Both the position numbers and the translations under genes were made by a program. A stretch of 64,000 bases of DNA from an uncultured Bacilli bacterium (lineage in GTDB: Bacteria > Bacillota_I > Bacilli_A > RF39 > UBA660), in NCBI GenBank assembly GCA_947624565.1, contig CANQKX010000005.1:3125-67124 (forward strand), written 5' to 3'. A model generated the notes under the pieces. That model saw nothing but the letters and a program-made list of their open reading frames with translations, was not told the origin of the DNA and did no database searches. Positions 10,995 to 21,812 of the stretch are shown here, one piece after another; position 1 is the stretch's first letter; each line of letters begins with the position of its first letter.

Positions 10995-11912
10995 TTATAT
11001 AAATAATTTATCTATGTTTACTTTTGGAATTAAAACATTAATTTCTTTTGAAATATAAAAATCAAAACTTTTTTGTTTATGTTTCATTTCCTCACCATCC
11101 AAACACCATGATTCATCTGGAATGCTATCAAATGTAATTTTTATATTATCAGTTTTATAATATTCTAAATTAGGTATAGTTCTAATATCTCTTTTTTTTA
11201 ACATTGATAATGTTTTTAACAATGATATTTTAGATTTTATATCACATAGTAAAACTTCAAATTTATTATCATCAAGTTTAACATCTGGATATATATTACT
11301 TACACCTGCGACTGATGATGAATTTGTAATAAATATAAATGAGTAATTACCTTCATATTGTTTATTATTTATTTCATATTTTATATTATATGATTTTAAT
11401 TTACCTGTAAACTGTTTTAATGCATATATTATATATGCAGTTCTTCCATATTTTTCTTTTAATCTCCTTGGTGTTTCATATGATACATTTACAAAACTTC
11501 CAATACCTGCAAAATAAACAAAAGCTTTATTATTTATTTTACAAACATCTACATTTTTAATATCTCCATCCAATAATATTTTTAAATTTTCTATATAGTC
11601 ATTATGATATCCATACATTGATCCAACATCATTAGTAGTCCCAAGAGGAAAATCTGCAATAAGTAATTTTTTCTCTCTTTTTAAATTTCCAGATATTACT
11701 TCATTATAAGTACCATCTCCACCAGCAGATATTACTAAATCAATATCATCTGGTAATTCTTTAATTATTTTCACTGCATGACCTTTTCTTTTTGTATATT
11801 TTACCTCAAATGAATATCCTTTATTATTTATTATTTCTTCAAATTTTGGTAATAATTCATTAGATTTTTTTTTACCACTTTTTGAATTATATATCATTAC
11901 GCACTTCTTCAT
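10995..11912 (-). CDS. dagK: diacylglycerol/lipid kinase (DagK/YegS family)
   Basis: SAGGDGTYNEV and PLGTTNDV motifs; 305 aa. Confidence 0.8.
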   Translation of the reverse strand: MKKCVMIYNSKSGKKKSNELLPKFEEIINNKGYSFEVKYTKRKGHAVKIIKELPDDIDLVISAGGDGTYNEVISGNLKREKKLLIADFPLGTTNDVGSMYGYHNDYIENLKILLDGDIKNVDVCKINNKAFVYFAGIGSFVNVSYETPRRLKEKYGRTAYIIYALKQFTGKLKSYNIKYEINNKQYEGNYSFIFITNSSSVAGVSNIYPDVKLDDNKFEVLLCDIKSKISLLKTLSMLKKRDIRTIPNLEYYKTDNIKITFDSIPDESWCLDGEEMKHKQKSFDFYISKEINVLIPKVNIDKLFI

Positions 11913-11988
11913 ATTTATCTCCTTAAACTAGACACAATAATATTATAACTTTAATTAAAGGAAAAATCATTAAAATTTTATAAAATTA

Positions 11989-12672
11989 TTATTTTTGGAC
12001 ACTCTTTAACTTATTTAATATATATTTATCGGATTTACAAACCTTATTTGATTCAATAATTTTCTTAATAGACATGTTATATATATCGCTATCAATATTA
12101 CAATGTTTAAAAAAATATAATGTTTTATTTTTATAATTTATATATAAATATGAAATTAACCATGCTAAAGCCATTTTATCATAATAATATGAACATTTAA
12201 CTTTGCATATAATCTCAAAAATTTTGTCTACATATTCATCATTTATATAATAATTTAGTAATATTACAAAAACAAATCGTTTTTCATATTCTTTATTAGA
12301 ATTAAAATAATTATTTATAAAGTCTAAAAATATCTTTTTATTTTCTTTTACTATTTTTAAAGATGATGCAAATATATCACATACTTCCCAATTATCTATT
12401 TGCTTTATAAATTGTTTTGTATATTTTATCACTAGATTTATATCACAAATATCTGATATAAATAAGCCTTTAAGTAAATATTCTTCTAAAAACTCACAGT
12501 TATAATTTTCTATATAATTTATTTTTTCTTCGTATGATATGCTAGTTGATAACTTTCTAACAACTGGTACTCTTACACCTATAAAATTATTTATACCAGG
12601 AAGTAATTTACCTTGAAAATTTTTATATTTATCATCCTTTAATAAAAATAATTCATTTCTTATATTTATCAT
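11989..12672 (-). CDS. DNA alkylation repair protein (AlkD-like HEAT-repeat family)
   Basis: DNWEVCD motif and typical length. The ATGA start/stop overlap ties it to uppS. Confidence 0.6.
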   Translation of the reverse strand: MINIRNELFLLKDDKYKNFQGKLLPGINNFIGVRVPVVRKLSTSISYEEKINYIENYNCEFLEEYLLKGLFISDICDINLVIKYTKQFIKQIDNWEVCDIFASSLKIVKENKKIFLDFINNYFNSNKEYEKRFVFVILLNYYINDEYVDKIFEIICKVKCSYYYDKMALAWLISYLYINYKNKTLYFFKHCNIDSDIYNMSIKKIIESNKVCKSDKYILNKLKSVQK

Positions 12673-13370
12673 TTGTTTTTACCAAATCTTCTATCTCTGG
12701 AATTAAATTCTTCTATTGCCTTATCAAACTCTTTTTCATCAAAATCTGGGAATAAAACATCTGTAAAATAAAATTCACTATAAGACATCTGATATAACAT
12801 ATAATTACTTACTCTGTATTCTCCACTCGTTCTAATAAGTAAATCAATAGGTGGTAAATCTTGATATAAATACTTGTAAAACATATCTTTATTTATATCC
12901 TCTATTTTTAAATTACCAGATGATACTTCATCTATTAATTTTTTACTAGCATCTACTATCTCTTCTTGTCCACCATAGTTTAAACATATATTAAGTATAC
13001 CTTTTGTATTATTTCTTGTCTTATCTACTATCTCATTCATTGCATCTAAAACATCTTTTCTTAAAGGTTCCTTTCTACCTGAAAATATTACTTTTATATT
13101 TTCTTTATCTAATTTTTTAAATTTTGATTTAAACATAAGTATAAATAAATTCATTAAGTATTCTACTTCTTCCTTAGTTCTTTTAAAATTATCTGTAGAA
13201 AATGCATATACACTTAAATATTTTACCCCACTATTTAAAACATGTATTGCAAGTTTTTCTAAGGTTTTACTACCTTCTTTATGTCCTTCACTTCTATTTA
13301 ATCCTCTTTTTGTTGCCCATCTCCCATTACCATCCATAATAATTGCAACATGATTTGGTATATTTTTCAT
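12669..13370 (-). CDS. uppS: isoprenyl transferase (undecaprenyl diphosphate synthase)
   Basis: HVAIIMDGNGRWA, SVYAFSTDNFKR and IRTSGEYRVSN motifs. Confidence 0.92.
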   Translation of the reverse strand: MKNIPNHVAIIMDGNGRWATKRGLNRSEGHKEGSKTLEKLAIHVLNSGVKYLSVYAFSTDNFKRTKEEVEYLMNLFILMFKSKFKKLDKENIKVIFSGRKEPLRKDVLDAMNEIVDKTRNNTKGILNICLNYGGQEEIVDASKKLIDEVSSGNLKIEDINKDMFYKYLYQDLPPIDLLIRTSGEYRVSNYMLYQMSYSEFYFTDVLFPDFDEKEFDKAIEEFNSRDRRFGKNK

Positions 13371-13388
13371 TTTTTCACCTCAAAGTAA

Positions 13389-14945
13389 TTATATCAATTC
13401 ATTTATAATTTGTATATTAAATCTATATTTTTTTATTAGTTCATTTACAAATATTGATTCAGATTCTTTATTTACAAGTAAATACACATTATTTTTTGTT
13501 CTTGTTAGCGCTACATAAAATAATCTTCTTTCTTCTTCATATGGATATAAATCTTTTTCATTTAATACAAGTTTAAGTATTTCATTATTTGTAATTTTAC
13601 TTGGAAAACCACATATATTATCTTCTAAATTTATAATAATAACATTATCTTCTTCTAATCCTTTAGATTTATGGACTGTCATAAATTTTAATTTTTTATT
13701 AGTATTAGTTTTATATATAATATCTCCATTATCTAATAGATTAAAATTATTATTTAAAACTTTATATATATCATTATTATTTCTTCCAAGAATTAATATA
13801 TTTGTATCTATTTTGTTTATTAATTTTTCAAATATATCTTGTATGTTTTTAAAATATATTACTTTTATAGGCTTGTATAATCTTTTATTTGATTTTAATT
13901 TCTTTTTTATTTGATACTTATTTTTCATTATAAAATTACCTGCAACTTTTATAAGTTCCATAGAATTTCTATATGTATTTTGTATTTTTAAAATTTTAGA
14001 ATAATTAAAATACTCATTAAACTTTATAAATATATCTAAGTTACATCCTGTAAATCTATATATAGATTGAAAATCATCCCCAACTGCGAACAATTTTGCA
14101 TTCGTTTTATTTTTTATTTCTTTAATTAATTCATATTTTGTAACAGATGTATCTTGATATTCATCAATTATTATATATTTATACTTTTTTATATATCCAT
14201 TATTTTTAACGATATAGGTTGCATAATTAATCATATCATTAAAATCTACTTCACATTTGCTTTTTAATTCTGTATCATACTGCTTATATAATTCCTTCAA
14301 TATTTTTAATAATATATATTTTTCACTATAATTAATATCTAAAAATTCATCAAATTTAGATATATCATAATTATTTGATTTAAATAGGTTTATAAAAGTT
14401 ATTAACAGATTTTTAAATTGTATATATTTATCTTTATTTTCTTTTTTTAATATTTCTAAATTTGGTATATTTGAATAAAAAAATTCATCTATTATATATT
14501 CTAAAGTATCGATGTTTGATATTGATACATTTTCATTATTTTTCTTAATAATATTTAATGCTAATTTATGAAAAGTAAATACATCTATATCATAATTATA
14601 ATATTTTAACAATGAATCTTTCAAACTTTTAACTGAATCATTTGTAAACGAAATACATAATATATCATCTTTTTTTACATTAAGCCTTTCTATCAAATAT
14701 CTTATTTTACCAACAATAGTTAATGTTTTACCTGACCCTGCACCTGATATTACCAAAATATTTTCCTCATTTGTTATAATTGACATTCTTTGATCTAAGT
14801 CCAAACTAAATCCATTTATATTATCTAGCAAATAACTGCTATCTACGAGTTCTTGTTTTATAAATTTTTTATTATGTTTTTTTATATTTTTATTACTATA
14901 ACTTTTTAATTTTTCAAATTCTAATTGTGATATATACTTGTCCAT
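13389..14945 (-). CDS. UvrD/REP-family SF1 DNA helicase, compact (helicase IV-like)
   Basis: GAGSGKT, IIIDEYQDT, GDDFQSIYRF, TVHKSKGLEED and RRLFYVALTR motifs. Confidence 0.8.
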   Translation of the reverse strand: MDKYISQLEFEKLKSYSNKNIKKHNKKFIKQELVDSSYLLDNINGFSLDLDQRMSIITNEENILVISGAGSGKTLTIVGKIRYLIERLNVKKDDILCISFTNDSVKSLKDSLLKYYNYDIDVFTFHKLALNIIKKNNENVSISNIDTLEYIIDEFFYSNIPNLEILKKENKDKYIQFKNLLITFINLFKSNNYDISKFDEFLDINYSEKYILLKILKELYKQYDTELKSKCEVDFNDMINYATYIVKNNGYIKKYKYIIIDEYQDTSVTKYELIKEIKNKTNAKLFAVGDDFQSIYRFTGCNLDIFIKFNEYFNYSKILKIQNTYRNSMELIKVAGNFIMKNKYQIKKKLKSNKRLYKPIKVIYFKNIQDIFEKLINKIDTNILILGRNNNDIYKVLNNNFNLLDNGDIIYKTNTNKKLKFMTVHKSKGLEEDNVIIINLEDNICGFPSKITNNEILKLVLNEKDLYPYEEERRLFYVALTRTKNNVYLLVNKESESIFVNELIKKYRFNIQIINELI

Positions 14946-15075
14946 CTATCTTTTCTACTGATAACTTAGTAATTTTTGATATCATATTAATATAAACTTC
15001 TTCTTTTATCATATTTTCAGTTATTTGCATTTTTTCACCTCTATTAATATATTCTCTTTATTTTCATTTTTCCCA

Positions 15076-15101
15076 CTAAAAAAAGGAAATTATTTTTCCT
15101 T
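15076..15101 (-). terminator. intrinsic terminator after recA
   Basis: AAGGAAA/TTTCCTT hairpin followed by a T-run on the minus strand. The recA stop codon lies in the loop. Confidence 0.6.
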
Positions 15102-16106
15102 TTTAATAACTATATCATAATGTTCTCTAACTTTTTTCTCTAATTCTTCTCTTAGTTTATCATTTTCTTTTAGTAATGCTTTAACTGTTTCTTTACCTTG
15201 GCCTAGTTTTTCACCATTATATGAATACCACGCACCACTTTTTTCTATAATACTTGCTTCAGCAGCTAAATCAATTATTTCCGATACTCTACTTACACCT
15301 TCACCATACATAATTTCAACTGTTGCAGTTTTAAATGGAGGAGCAACCTTGTTTTTAACTATTTTAACAGTTGTTCTATTACCAATTACATTATCCCCTT
15401 GTTTAATTTGTTCACTACGCCTAACATCCATTCTAATTGTTGAATAAAATTTAAGTGCTCTTCCACCTGGAGTTGTTTCAGGATTACCAAATAACACACC
15501 TACTTTTTCTCTTAATTGATTTATAAAAATAGCAATTGTATTTGTTTTGTTAATAGTACCTGATAATTTTCTAAGTGCTTGACTCATTAATCTTGCTTGA
15601 AGACCAACATGAGAATCACCCATCTCACCTTCTATCTCGGCTTGTGGAACTAATGCTGCGACTGAATCTATTACAACTATATTTATTGCTTCACTTCTAA
15701 CTAAAGCCTCACATATTTCTAATGCTTGCTCCCCTGTATCTGGTTGAGATAATAATAATTCATTTATATTTACACCTAAATTTTTAGCATATACTGGGTC
15801 TAAAGCATGTTCTGCATCTATAAATGCTGCTCTCCCGCCTGCCTTTTGTATTTCTGCAATTGCATGAAGTGCAAATGTTGTTTTACCACTTGATTCAGGA
15901 CCATATATTTCTACTATTCTTCCTTTTGGATAACCTCCAACACCTAATGCAATATCTAGTGATAATGAACCACTTGGTGATACTGCTATTTCATTATGAG
16001 TATTATCACCTAATCTCATTATTGCACCTTTACCAAATTGTTTTTCTATATCTGAAAGAACTTGTGATAATACTTTATCTTTATCTGTTTCAATTGTTTT
16101 TGTCAT
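15090..16106 (-). CDS. recA: recombinase RecA
   Basis: GPESSGKTT Walker [11 protein letters not shown] and the overall canonical RecA sequence. Confidence 0.98.
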   Translation of the reverse strand: MTKTIETDKDKVLSQVLSDIEKQFGKGAIMRLGDNTHNEIAVSPSGSLSLDIALGVGGYPKGRIVEIYGPESSGKTTFALHAIAEIQKAGGRAAFIDAEHALDPVYAKNLGVNINELLLSQPDTGEQALEICEALVRSEAINIVVIDSVAALVPQAEIEGEMGDSHVGLQARLMSQALRKLSGTINKTNTIAIFINQLREKVGVLFGNPETTPGGRALKFYSTIRMDVRRSEQIKQGDNVIGNRTTVKIVKNKVAPPFKTATVEIMYGEGVSRVSEIIDLAAEASIIEKSGAWYSYNGEKLGQGKETVKALLKENDKLREELEKKVREHYDIVIKKEK

Positions 16107-16139
16107 AATAATTTTCCTTTCTACACTGAATACATTTTT

Positions 16140-16168
16140 ATTATAACCTATTTTTTTTACATTTGCAA
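16140..16168 (-). promoter_or_regulatory. sigma-A type promoter of recA
   Basis: Minus strand reads TTGCAA, a 17-nt spacer, then TATAAT. It lies about 30 nt upstream of the recA start. Confidence 0.6.
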
Positions 16169-16176
16169 GTCTTTTT

Positions 16177-16190
16177 CGAACAATTGTTCT
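16177..16190 (-). promoter_or_regulatory. LexA (Cheo/SOS) box
   Basis: CGAACAATTGTTCT contains the GAAC-N4-GTTC core. It sits just upstream of the recA -35. Confidence 0.7.
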
Positions 16191-16242
16191 ATTTATTTAC
16201 ATATAATATTTTTATTAAAAAAAAAGATAATCTTATATTTGG

Positions 16243-16848
16243 TTATCTTTCTTTAATTAAATATTTTTTATACGATAAATAATATTCTATTCCAGATATT
16301 AATGATAATATAGTACCCGCTATTATAAAAAAGTCATCAACTGCAATATTTATTAATCCAAATGGTAAATTACCAAATAATTTTAATATAATACCTACCA
16401 TAAGAAATAAAGTTTTAAATTTACCAGTTATTTTTGCTGCTTCTACACTTCCATTATTTGCAGCAATCATTCTAAGCGTATTAATAACAGTATCTCTTGT
16501 TATTACAATTATTGGAACTATTGGATGTATATAACCATAAGAAGTTAGTATTATTAATATACTATTAACTGATATTTTATCTGCGATTGGATCCATTAAT
16601 TTTCCATAATCACTTACATTATTACCTTTTCTTGCTAAATAACCATCTAAAAAATCTGTTATACAAGAAATTACAAATAATATTCCAACGATAACCATTT
16701 TAGAATCAATTATTAAAGTATCATTTATTAAAAACTTTTTAAAACTTACATTAATCATATTAAAAGGAAACAATAATATAATAATTATTATTAATGATAA
16801 TATCAATCTAGTATTTGTTAATATATTTGGTAAATTTTTATTTTTCAT
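16243..16848 (-). CDS. pgsA: CDP-diacylglycerol--glycerol-3-phosphate 3-phosphatidyltransferase
   Basis: DGYLARK...DPIADK CDP-alcohol phosphatidyltransferase motif. Synteny with rodZ-like and recA as in Bacillus. Confidence 0.9.
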   Translation of the reverse strand: MKNKNLPNILTNTRLILSLIIIIILLFPFNMINVSFKKFLINDTLIIDSKMVIVGILFVISCITDFLDGYLARKGNNVSDYGKLMDPIADKISVNSILIILTSYGYIHPIVPIIVITRDTVINTLRMIAANNGSVEAAKITGKFKTLFLMVGIILKLFGNLPFGLINIAVDDFFIIAGTILSLISGIEYYLSYKKYLIKER

Positions 16849-16857
16849 AAAACTCTC

Positions 16858-17331
16858 CTACTGCTCATAACTTATTTCCATATTTTTACTTGATTCACTT
16901 GATTTACTTTTATTATAAATAGTTACAACACTGAAAACTATTATTAGTATTATAAGAATTATAAATAATATTAAAGGCAATTTACTCTTTTCTTTTTCTG
17001 TTTTTGTATATGGAGATGCAATTTTTTCCTCATCATCTTTCATTTTACTTGCCTTTTCAATATCATCGATTGGTATCTTTGATGTAGATTCAAATACATA
17101 TTCATTAAATTCATCAATAATTTCTTCAGAATTTAATCCTAAATACTTTGAATAATCAGTTATTATACATTTAAGTATAAATATATCTTTGAAGTTTTTA
17201 AAATCTCCTGACTCTAGTGCCTCTAACTGTGAAACTTTATAATTTAAATCTTCAGCAGCCTCTTCTATAGAAACACCATTTTGCATTCTTGATTCTTTTA
17301 AAACTTCTCCTATTTCTTTCAATTTTTTCAC
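16858..17331 (-). CDS. rodZ: RodZ/YmfM-like HTH membrane protein
   Basis: N-terminal XRE-type HTH plus a single TM segment. Located upstream of pgsA as ymfM is in B. subtilis. Confidence 0.65.
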   Translation of the reverse strand: MKKLKEIGEVLKESRMQNGVSIEEAAEDLNYKVSQLEALESGDFKNFKDIFILKCIITDYSKYLGLNSEEIIDEFNEYVFESTSKIPIDDIEKASKMKDDEEKIASPYTKTEKEKSKLPLILFIILIILIIVFSVVTIYNKSKSSESSKNMEISYEQ

Positions 17332-17351
17332 TCCTTTAAATAAAAAAAATA

Positions 17352-17698
17352 ATTTTTAATAAGCCATGTTCTGTACCTATTACTAGGTGGTAAACATTTA
17401 TCTATGAATTTCTTCATCTTTTAATCGGTTCATTTCCCTTTTAAAAGTTCCCCTACCATATTTTGGGTTTCTCGCTTGTGGAGTTTACCATCGTTTCACT
17501 TTTTTCTTTCGAAAAAATATCGTCACTGTGGCACTTTATAACTACTTTAACCATAGAAAAACTTTAGGTTATTTCATCGTCGTTAGCATTACACTACTAT
17601 AGGTTATTTTTTCCCTATACACAAACACTACTGTCATCTCAGAAACAGTGCGAGCATGGACTTTCCTCTACAATTACTTGCAGCGTTTACCTAAAAAA
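17352..17698 (-). ncRNA. rnpB: RNase P RNA, type B
   Basis: The minus strand contains GAGGAAAGTCCATGCTCGCAC, AAAGTGCCACAGTGACGA, GCGAGAAACCCAAAATATGGTAGGGGAAC and ACAGAACATGGCTTA. These are near-identical to conserved B. subtilis RNase P RNA blocks. Ends are approximate. Confidence 0.93.
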
Positions 17699-18028
17699 TT
17701 ATTCTTTATCTCTATCTTTACCATATATTACTTTTTCCAATTCAGAAATTCTACGAAGTAGGTCTACATTAGTCACTTCTCTTTCGCTATTTTTTACTAT
17801 TTCCATATTAGCTCTAGCATTTCTAAGTTTATGTTTAAGTTCTAACATTTCACTATTTAGATTTTCAATTTGACTTTTTTGCTCTTTAATTATTCTTTCA
17901 TATGCATAATAGTCACTAATAATCATATCTAAAAGTTTATCAACTTCTTGAGGTCTATATCCCCTAGCATCAACTTTGAAATCCCAATTATAAAGTGTAT
18001 CTGGACTTAATAAAATTTCTTTCGACAT
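17699..18028 (-). CDS. gpsB: cell-cycle protein GpsB (DivIVA domain)
   Basis: FKVDARGYRPQEVDKLLDMIISDY DivIVA-type N-terminus plus a coiled coil. Adjacent to rnpB as in B. subtilis. Confidence 0.88.
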   Translation of the reverse strand: MSKEILLSPDTLYNWDFKVDARGYRPQEVDKLLDMIISDYYAYERIIKEQKSQIENLNSEMLELKHKLRNARANMEIVKNSEREVTNVDLLRRISELEKVIYGKDRDKE

Positions 18029-18322
18029 TTTTCGACCACCTCTACTACTACATTATCACAAAAAATGCGCGTTTTGTCAATTTACATCTATTTACTATCT
18101 TTACAACGAATTTAACAATAAATTTAGTTTACTATCTTCTACATCTTCCATCATATTTGTAAATACATATATTAGATATAAATTATTCATATTCATCTCC
18201 TTTATTACAAATTATCATAAATAAACTTAAATTTCATTACATTCGACAAACAAAGTCACAAAGTTACTTTTTTCTAAAATTTTAAACAAATTTTTATAAT
18301 ATATAGTATAATTATATTGGTG

Positions 18323-18895
18323 ATGATGATGAATTATCCAAATAAAAAAAGTACATATAACAAGAAACCTATAGACTATGGAAATAGAGGTATGACTCTA
18401 GAAGAAGATATAAACATATCAAATAGGTATTATTTAGAAAATGATATAGCAATTATATATAAAAAACCTACTCCAATAAAAGTAGTTAATGTAGAATATA
18501 ATAAAAGAGTAAATACTAAAATTAAAGAAGCATATTATGAAATACCATCAACAACTGATTATAATGGAATATATAAAGGAAAATACATAGATTTTGATGC
18601 AAAAGAAACTAAATCTAAAACATCTTTTTCATTAAATAATATTCATAAACATCAATTAGAACATTTGATTAGGGTTAAAAATCATGGTGGAATATCTTTT
18701 TTAATAATTAGATTTTCAACTATTAATGAAACTTATTTACTTACAACAAATGATATCGAATACTTTATTAATAATAATGATAGAAAATCCATACCAATTG
18801 ATTATATAAGAAAATATGGATATATAATAAATTCTAATTATTACCCAAGATTAGAATATATAAAAATAATTGATATGATAATTAATGAATATTGA
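18323..18895 (+). CDS. recU: Holliday junction resolvase RecU
   Basis: GMTLEEDINISNRYYLENDIAIIYKKPTPIKVV matches the RecU pattern and the gene sits upstream of ponA. The start among ATGs at 18323, 18326 and 18329 is uncertain. Confidence 0.88.
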   Translation: MMMNYPNKKSTYNKKPIDYGNRGMTLEEDINISNRYYLENDIAIIYKKPTPIKVVNVEYNKRVNTKIKEAYYEIPSTTDYNGIYKGKYIDFDAKETKSKTSFSLNNIHKHQLEHLIRVKNHGGISFLIIRFSTINETYLLTTNDIEYFINNNDRKSIPIDYIRKYGYIINSNYYPRLEYIKIIDMIINEY

Positions 18896-18967
18896 TTATT
18901 GTTATTTTTTGATTAATATGTTAATATTTAATATATGGTAAGAAAAATTTAAAAGGTGGTTTAATAT

Positions 18968-21778
18968 ATGAAAAAAAAGAAAAATGTTAATTCAAATTCA
19001 AATAAAACAAACACTACAAAGAAAAAGAAGAAAAAAATAAATTGGAAAAAAATTATAAAGATATTAATTAATGTATTTTTAATATTTTTACTTATTTGTT
19101 TAATAGGTGCGATTATTTTCATTATATATATAGTAAACAATGCACCAGAATTTAAACCAGAAAACTTATATAGTAGTGAGTCTTCTATAGTTTATGATAA
19201 AGATAACAATCAAATTGGAAAAATTGGTGTTGAAAAGAGAAAAAATGTTAAATATGATGATTTGCCTCAAATTTTAGTAGATGCAATTATCGCTACTGAA
19301 GACTCAAGATATATGCAGCATAATGGTTTTGACTTACCTCGTTTTACAAAGGCATCAATAGGTCAAGTAATTAATAAAATTACAGGTAGAGGTAATGCTG
19401 GTGGTGGATCAACACTAGATATGCAAGTTGTAAAAAATAGATATACTTCTACTGTATCATCTGGATTTGATGGAATTGTAAGAAAATTTACTGATATATA
19501 TATTTCAATTTTCAAGTTAGAAAAAAATTATTCAAAAGAAGAAATATTAGAATTTTATGTTAATATTCCATTTTTAGGAAATCATTCATATGGAGTTGAA
19601 CAAGCATGTCAAAGTTATTTTGGAAAATCTGTTTCTGACATTAATTTAAGTGAAGCAGCAATTATTGCCGGATTGTTTCAAGCCCCTACATCATATGATC
19701 CATATATACATCCAGAATTAACAGAAGAAAGAAGAGAAACTGTTTTATATTTAATGAGAAGACATGGATATATAACAAAAGAAGAAGAAGAAATTGCAAA
19801 TAGTATTCCTGTTAAAAGTTTACTTAGACAATCTAATCCTGAATCTACTAGTAATCAATATCAATCATATTTAAATATAGTAATTGAAGAAGTAAGAGAC
19901 AAAACTGGTTTAGATCCATATACAACAGGAATGAGAATATATACTAATTTAGATACCTCTAAGCAACTATTATTAAATGATATTATGGATGGTAAAACAT
20001 GGACTTGGAAAGATGATAAAGTTCAAGCAGGTATTGCAATTGTAGATATTAATACTGGTGCTTTAGTTGCAGTTGGTGGAGGAAGAAATCAAAATGGTGA
20101 GATGGTATTAAATTATGCCTCAGGTATAACTAGACAAATTGGATCTTGCGCTAAACCATTATTTGATTATGGTCCAGCTTTTGAATATCATAATGCATCA
20201 CTTGCATCACAAGTATTTGATGGACCTCATACATATTCAAGTGGAGTTTCTGTAAAAAATGCTGATGGTGGATATGGTGGATTAATGACATATAAGTATG
20301 CACTTGCAGCATCTAGAAATATTCCTGCTCTTAAAGTATTCCAATCAAATAACAATGCTAAAGTATTAGAATTTGTTACAAATCTTGGTATTAAACCTGA
20401 AATTGATAGCGGTGGAGGAATACACGAAGCACATGCACTTGGAGCGTTTAGTGGATCTAATCCAGTTCAAATGGCTGGTGCATATGCAGCATTTGCTAAT
20501 GGAGGATATTACACTAAACCATATACTGTTAATAAAGTTGAATACATTGATTCTGATAAAACTGTTAGTTTAAAAAATAAAAAACAAAGAGCTATGTCAG
20601 ATTCAACTGCATATATGATAACTGATGCATTGATTTATGCTGTTGAAGGATATGGTAATATAGGCGGCTCTGTTTCTGGAGTTAAACTTGCGGCTAAAAC
20701 AGGTACTTCTAATTTCAGTACAGAAGCAAGACGAGAAAATGGTTATCCTTCTTCTGCAAATATGGATATGTGGGTAACTGGTTATACACCTGAATATGCT
20801 GTATCATTATGGTATGGTTATGATAAAGCAGAAAGAGGATACTATCTTGGAAACGATGGATATACTACTCGTGGTAAATTATTTAGACAAGTAATATCTG
20901 GTATTTCCGATAGAAGTGGTACTAAAAAATTTACTGTACCAAATAGTGTTGTAAAAGCTACTGTTGAAAGAGGCACATCACCTTTATTATTACCTAGTGC
21001 TAATACACCAGATGATATGAAAGTTACTGAATATTTTAAAAGAGGTACTGTCCCTACAGAAGTATCTCCTAGATATAATACTTTACCTAATCCATCTGGA
21101 TTAAATGCAAAAGAAAATGGAAACAACATTGAACTTACATGGAATGCTGCAAATAAACCTGAATATCTAACTGACGATTATTTAAGAAAATCTATGAAAG
21201 CTCTCTATGGAAATAAAACTGAAGAACAATTAGCGGCTAGAAAAGCATCAGATGGTGAATATGGTTATGAAATTTTGGTTAAAGATGTTAAAACAGGAAC
21301 AACGACTTCTCTTGGATTTACTACATCAACTACATTTAAAACTACAAAACAAAATAAAACGGTAATTTATATCGTAAAAACATGTTTTAGCAATTTAAGA
21401 ATTACTGAGAGTAGTGGTATATCTATTGAAGTAAAAAATGAAAGTAATCCTGAAGTTAATAGTTTAATTACATATAAATTAAGTGGTAATATGGAAGATA
21501 CGGCTACTTTAAATACTGAATATACCGATCCAGGTATTATTGCATATAGTGATGGTATTGATATTACTGATAAAGCTACAATTACAGTAAACTGTATAGA
21601 ACTTGGAACTACAAAAAAACAAAAAGAAAAGTATACATTTACTAAACCTGGAAAATATACATTAAAATACACAATAAAATATAACAATGACGTTGTTACT
21701 GCAACTAGAAATATTACAGTAGTGGATGACACACAAACACAATCCCCTACTAATCCAGGAGAAAATCAAACAAATTAA
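18968..21778 (+). CDS. ponA: bifunctional class A penicillin-binding protein (PBP1)
   Basis: Glycosyltransferase motifs EDSRYMQHNGFD and RKFTD. Transpeptidase motifs SCAKP (SxxK) and KTGTS. The long C-terminal extension has FN3/Ig-like segments. Confidence 0.92.
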   Translation: MKKKKNVNSNSNKTNTTKKKKKKINWKKIIKILINVFLIFLLICLIGAIIFIIYIVNNAPEFKPENLYSSESSIVYDKDNNQIGKIGVEKRKNVKYDDLPQILVDAIIATEDSRYMQHNGFDLPRFTKASIGQVINKITGRGNAGGGSTLDMQVVKNRYTSTVSSGFDGIVRKFTDIYISIFKLEKNYSKEEILEFYVNIPFLGNHSYGVEQACQSYFGKSVSDINLSEAAIIAGLFQAPTSYDPYIHPELTEERRETVLYLMRRHGYITKEEEEIANSIPVKSLLRQSNPESTSNQYQSYLNIVIEEVRDKTGLDPYTTGMRIYTNLDTSKQLLLNDIMDGKTWTWKDDKVQAGIAIVDINTGALVAVGGGRNQNGEMVLNYASGITRQIGSCAKPLFDYGPAFEYHNASLASQVFDGPHTYSSGVSVKNADGGYGGLMTYKYALAASRNIPALKVFQSNNNAKVLEFVTNLGIKPEIDSGGGIHEAHALGAFSGSNPVQMAGAYAAFANGGYYTKPYTVNKVEYIDSDKTVSLKNKKQRAMSDSTAYMITDALIYAVEGYGNIGGSVSGVKLAAKTGTSNFSTEARRENGYPSSANMDMWVTGYTPEYAVSLWYGYDKAERGYYLGNDGYTTRGKLFRQVISGISDRSGTKKFTVPNSVVKATVERGTSPLLLPSANTPDDMKVTEYFKRGTVPTEVSPRYNTLPNPSGLNAKENGNNIELTWNAANKPEYLTDDYLRKSMKALYGNKTEEQLAARKASDGEYGYEILVKDVKTGTTTSLGFTTSTTFKTTKQNKTVIYIVKTCFSNLRITESSGISIEVKNESNPEVNSLITYKLSGNMEDTATLNTEYTDPGIIAYSDGIDITDKATITVNCIELGTTKKQKEKYTFTKPGKYTLKYTIKYNNDVVTATRNITVVDDTQTQSPTNPGENQTN

Positions 21779-21812
21779 AAAAAAGACATATTTCATAAAA
21801 TATGTCTTTATT
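21777..21812. terminator. bidirectional terminator between ponA and dnaD
   Basis: AAGACATATTT-CATA-AAATATGTCTT is a perfect 11-bp stem flanked by A-runs and T-runs. Confidence 0.7.

Noticed and set aside
14946-15060. A 38-codon minus-strand ORF (MQITENMIKEE...) upstream of and overlapping the UvrD-like helicase start.
   Set aside because: It is out of frame with the helicase, has no convincing RBS and lies in the recA-helicase spacer. It is probably a chance ORF.
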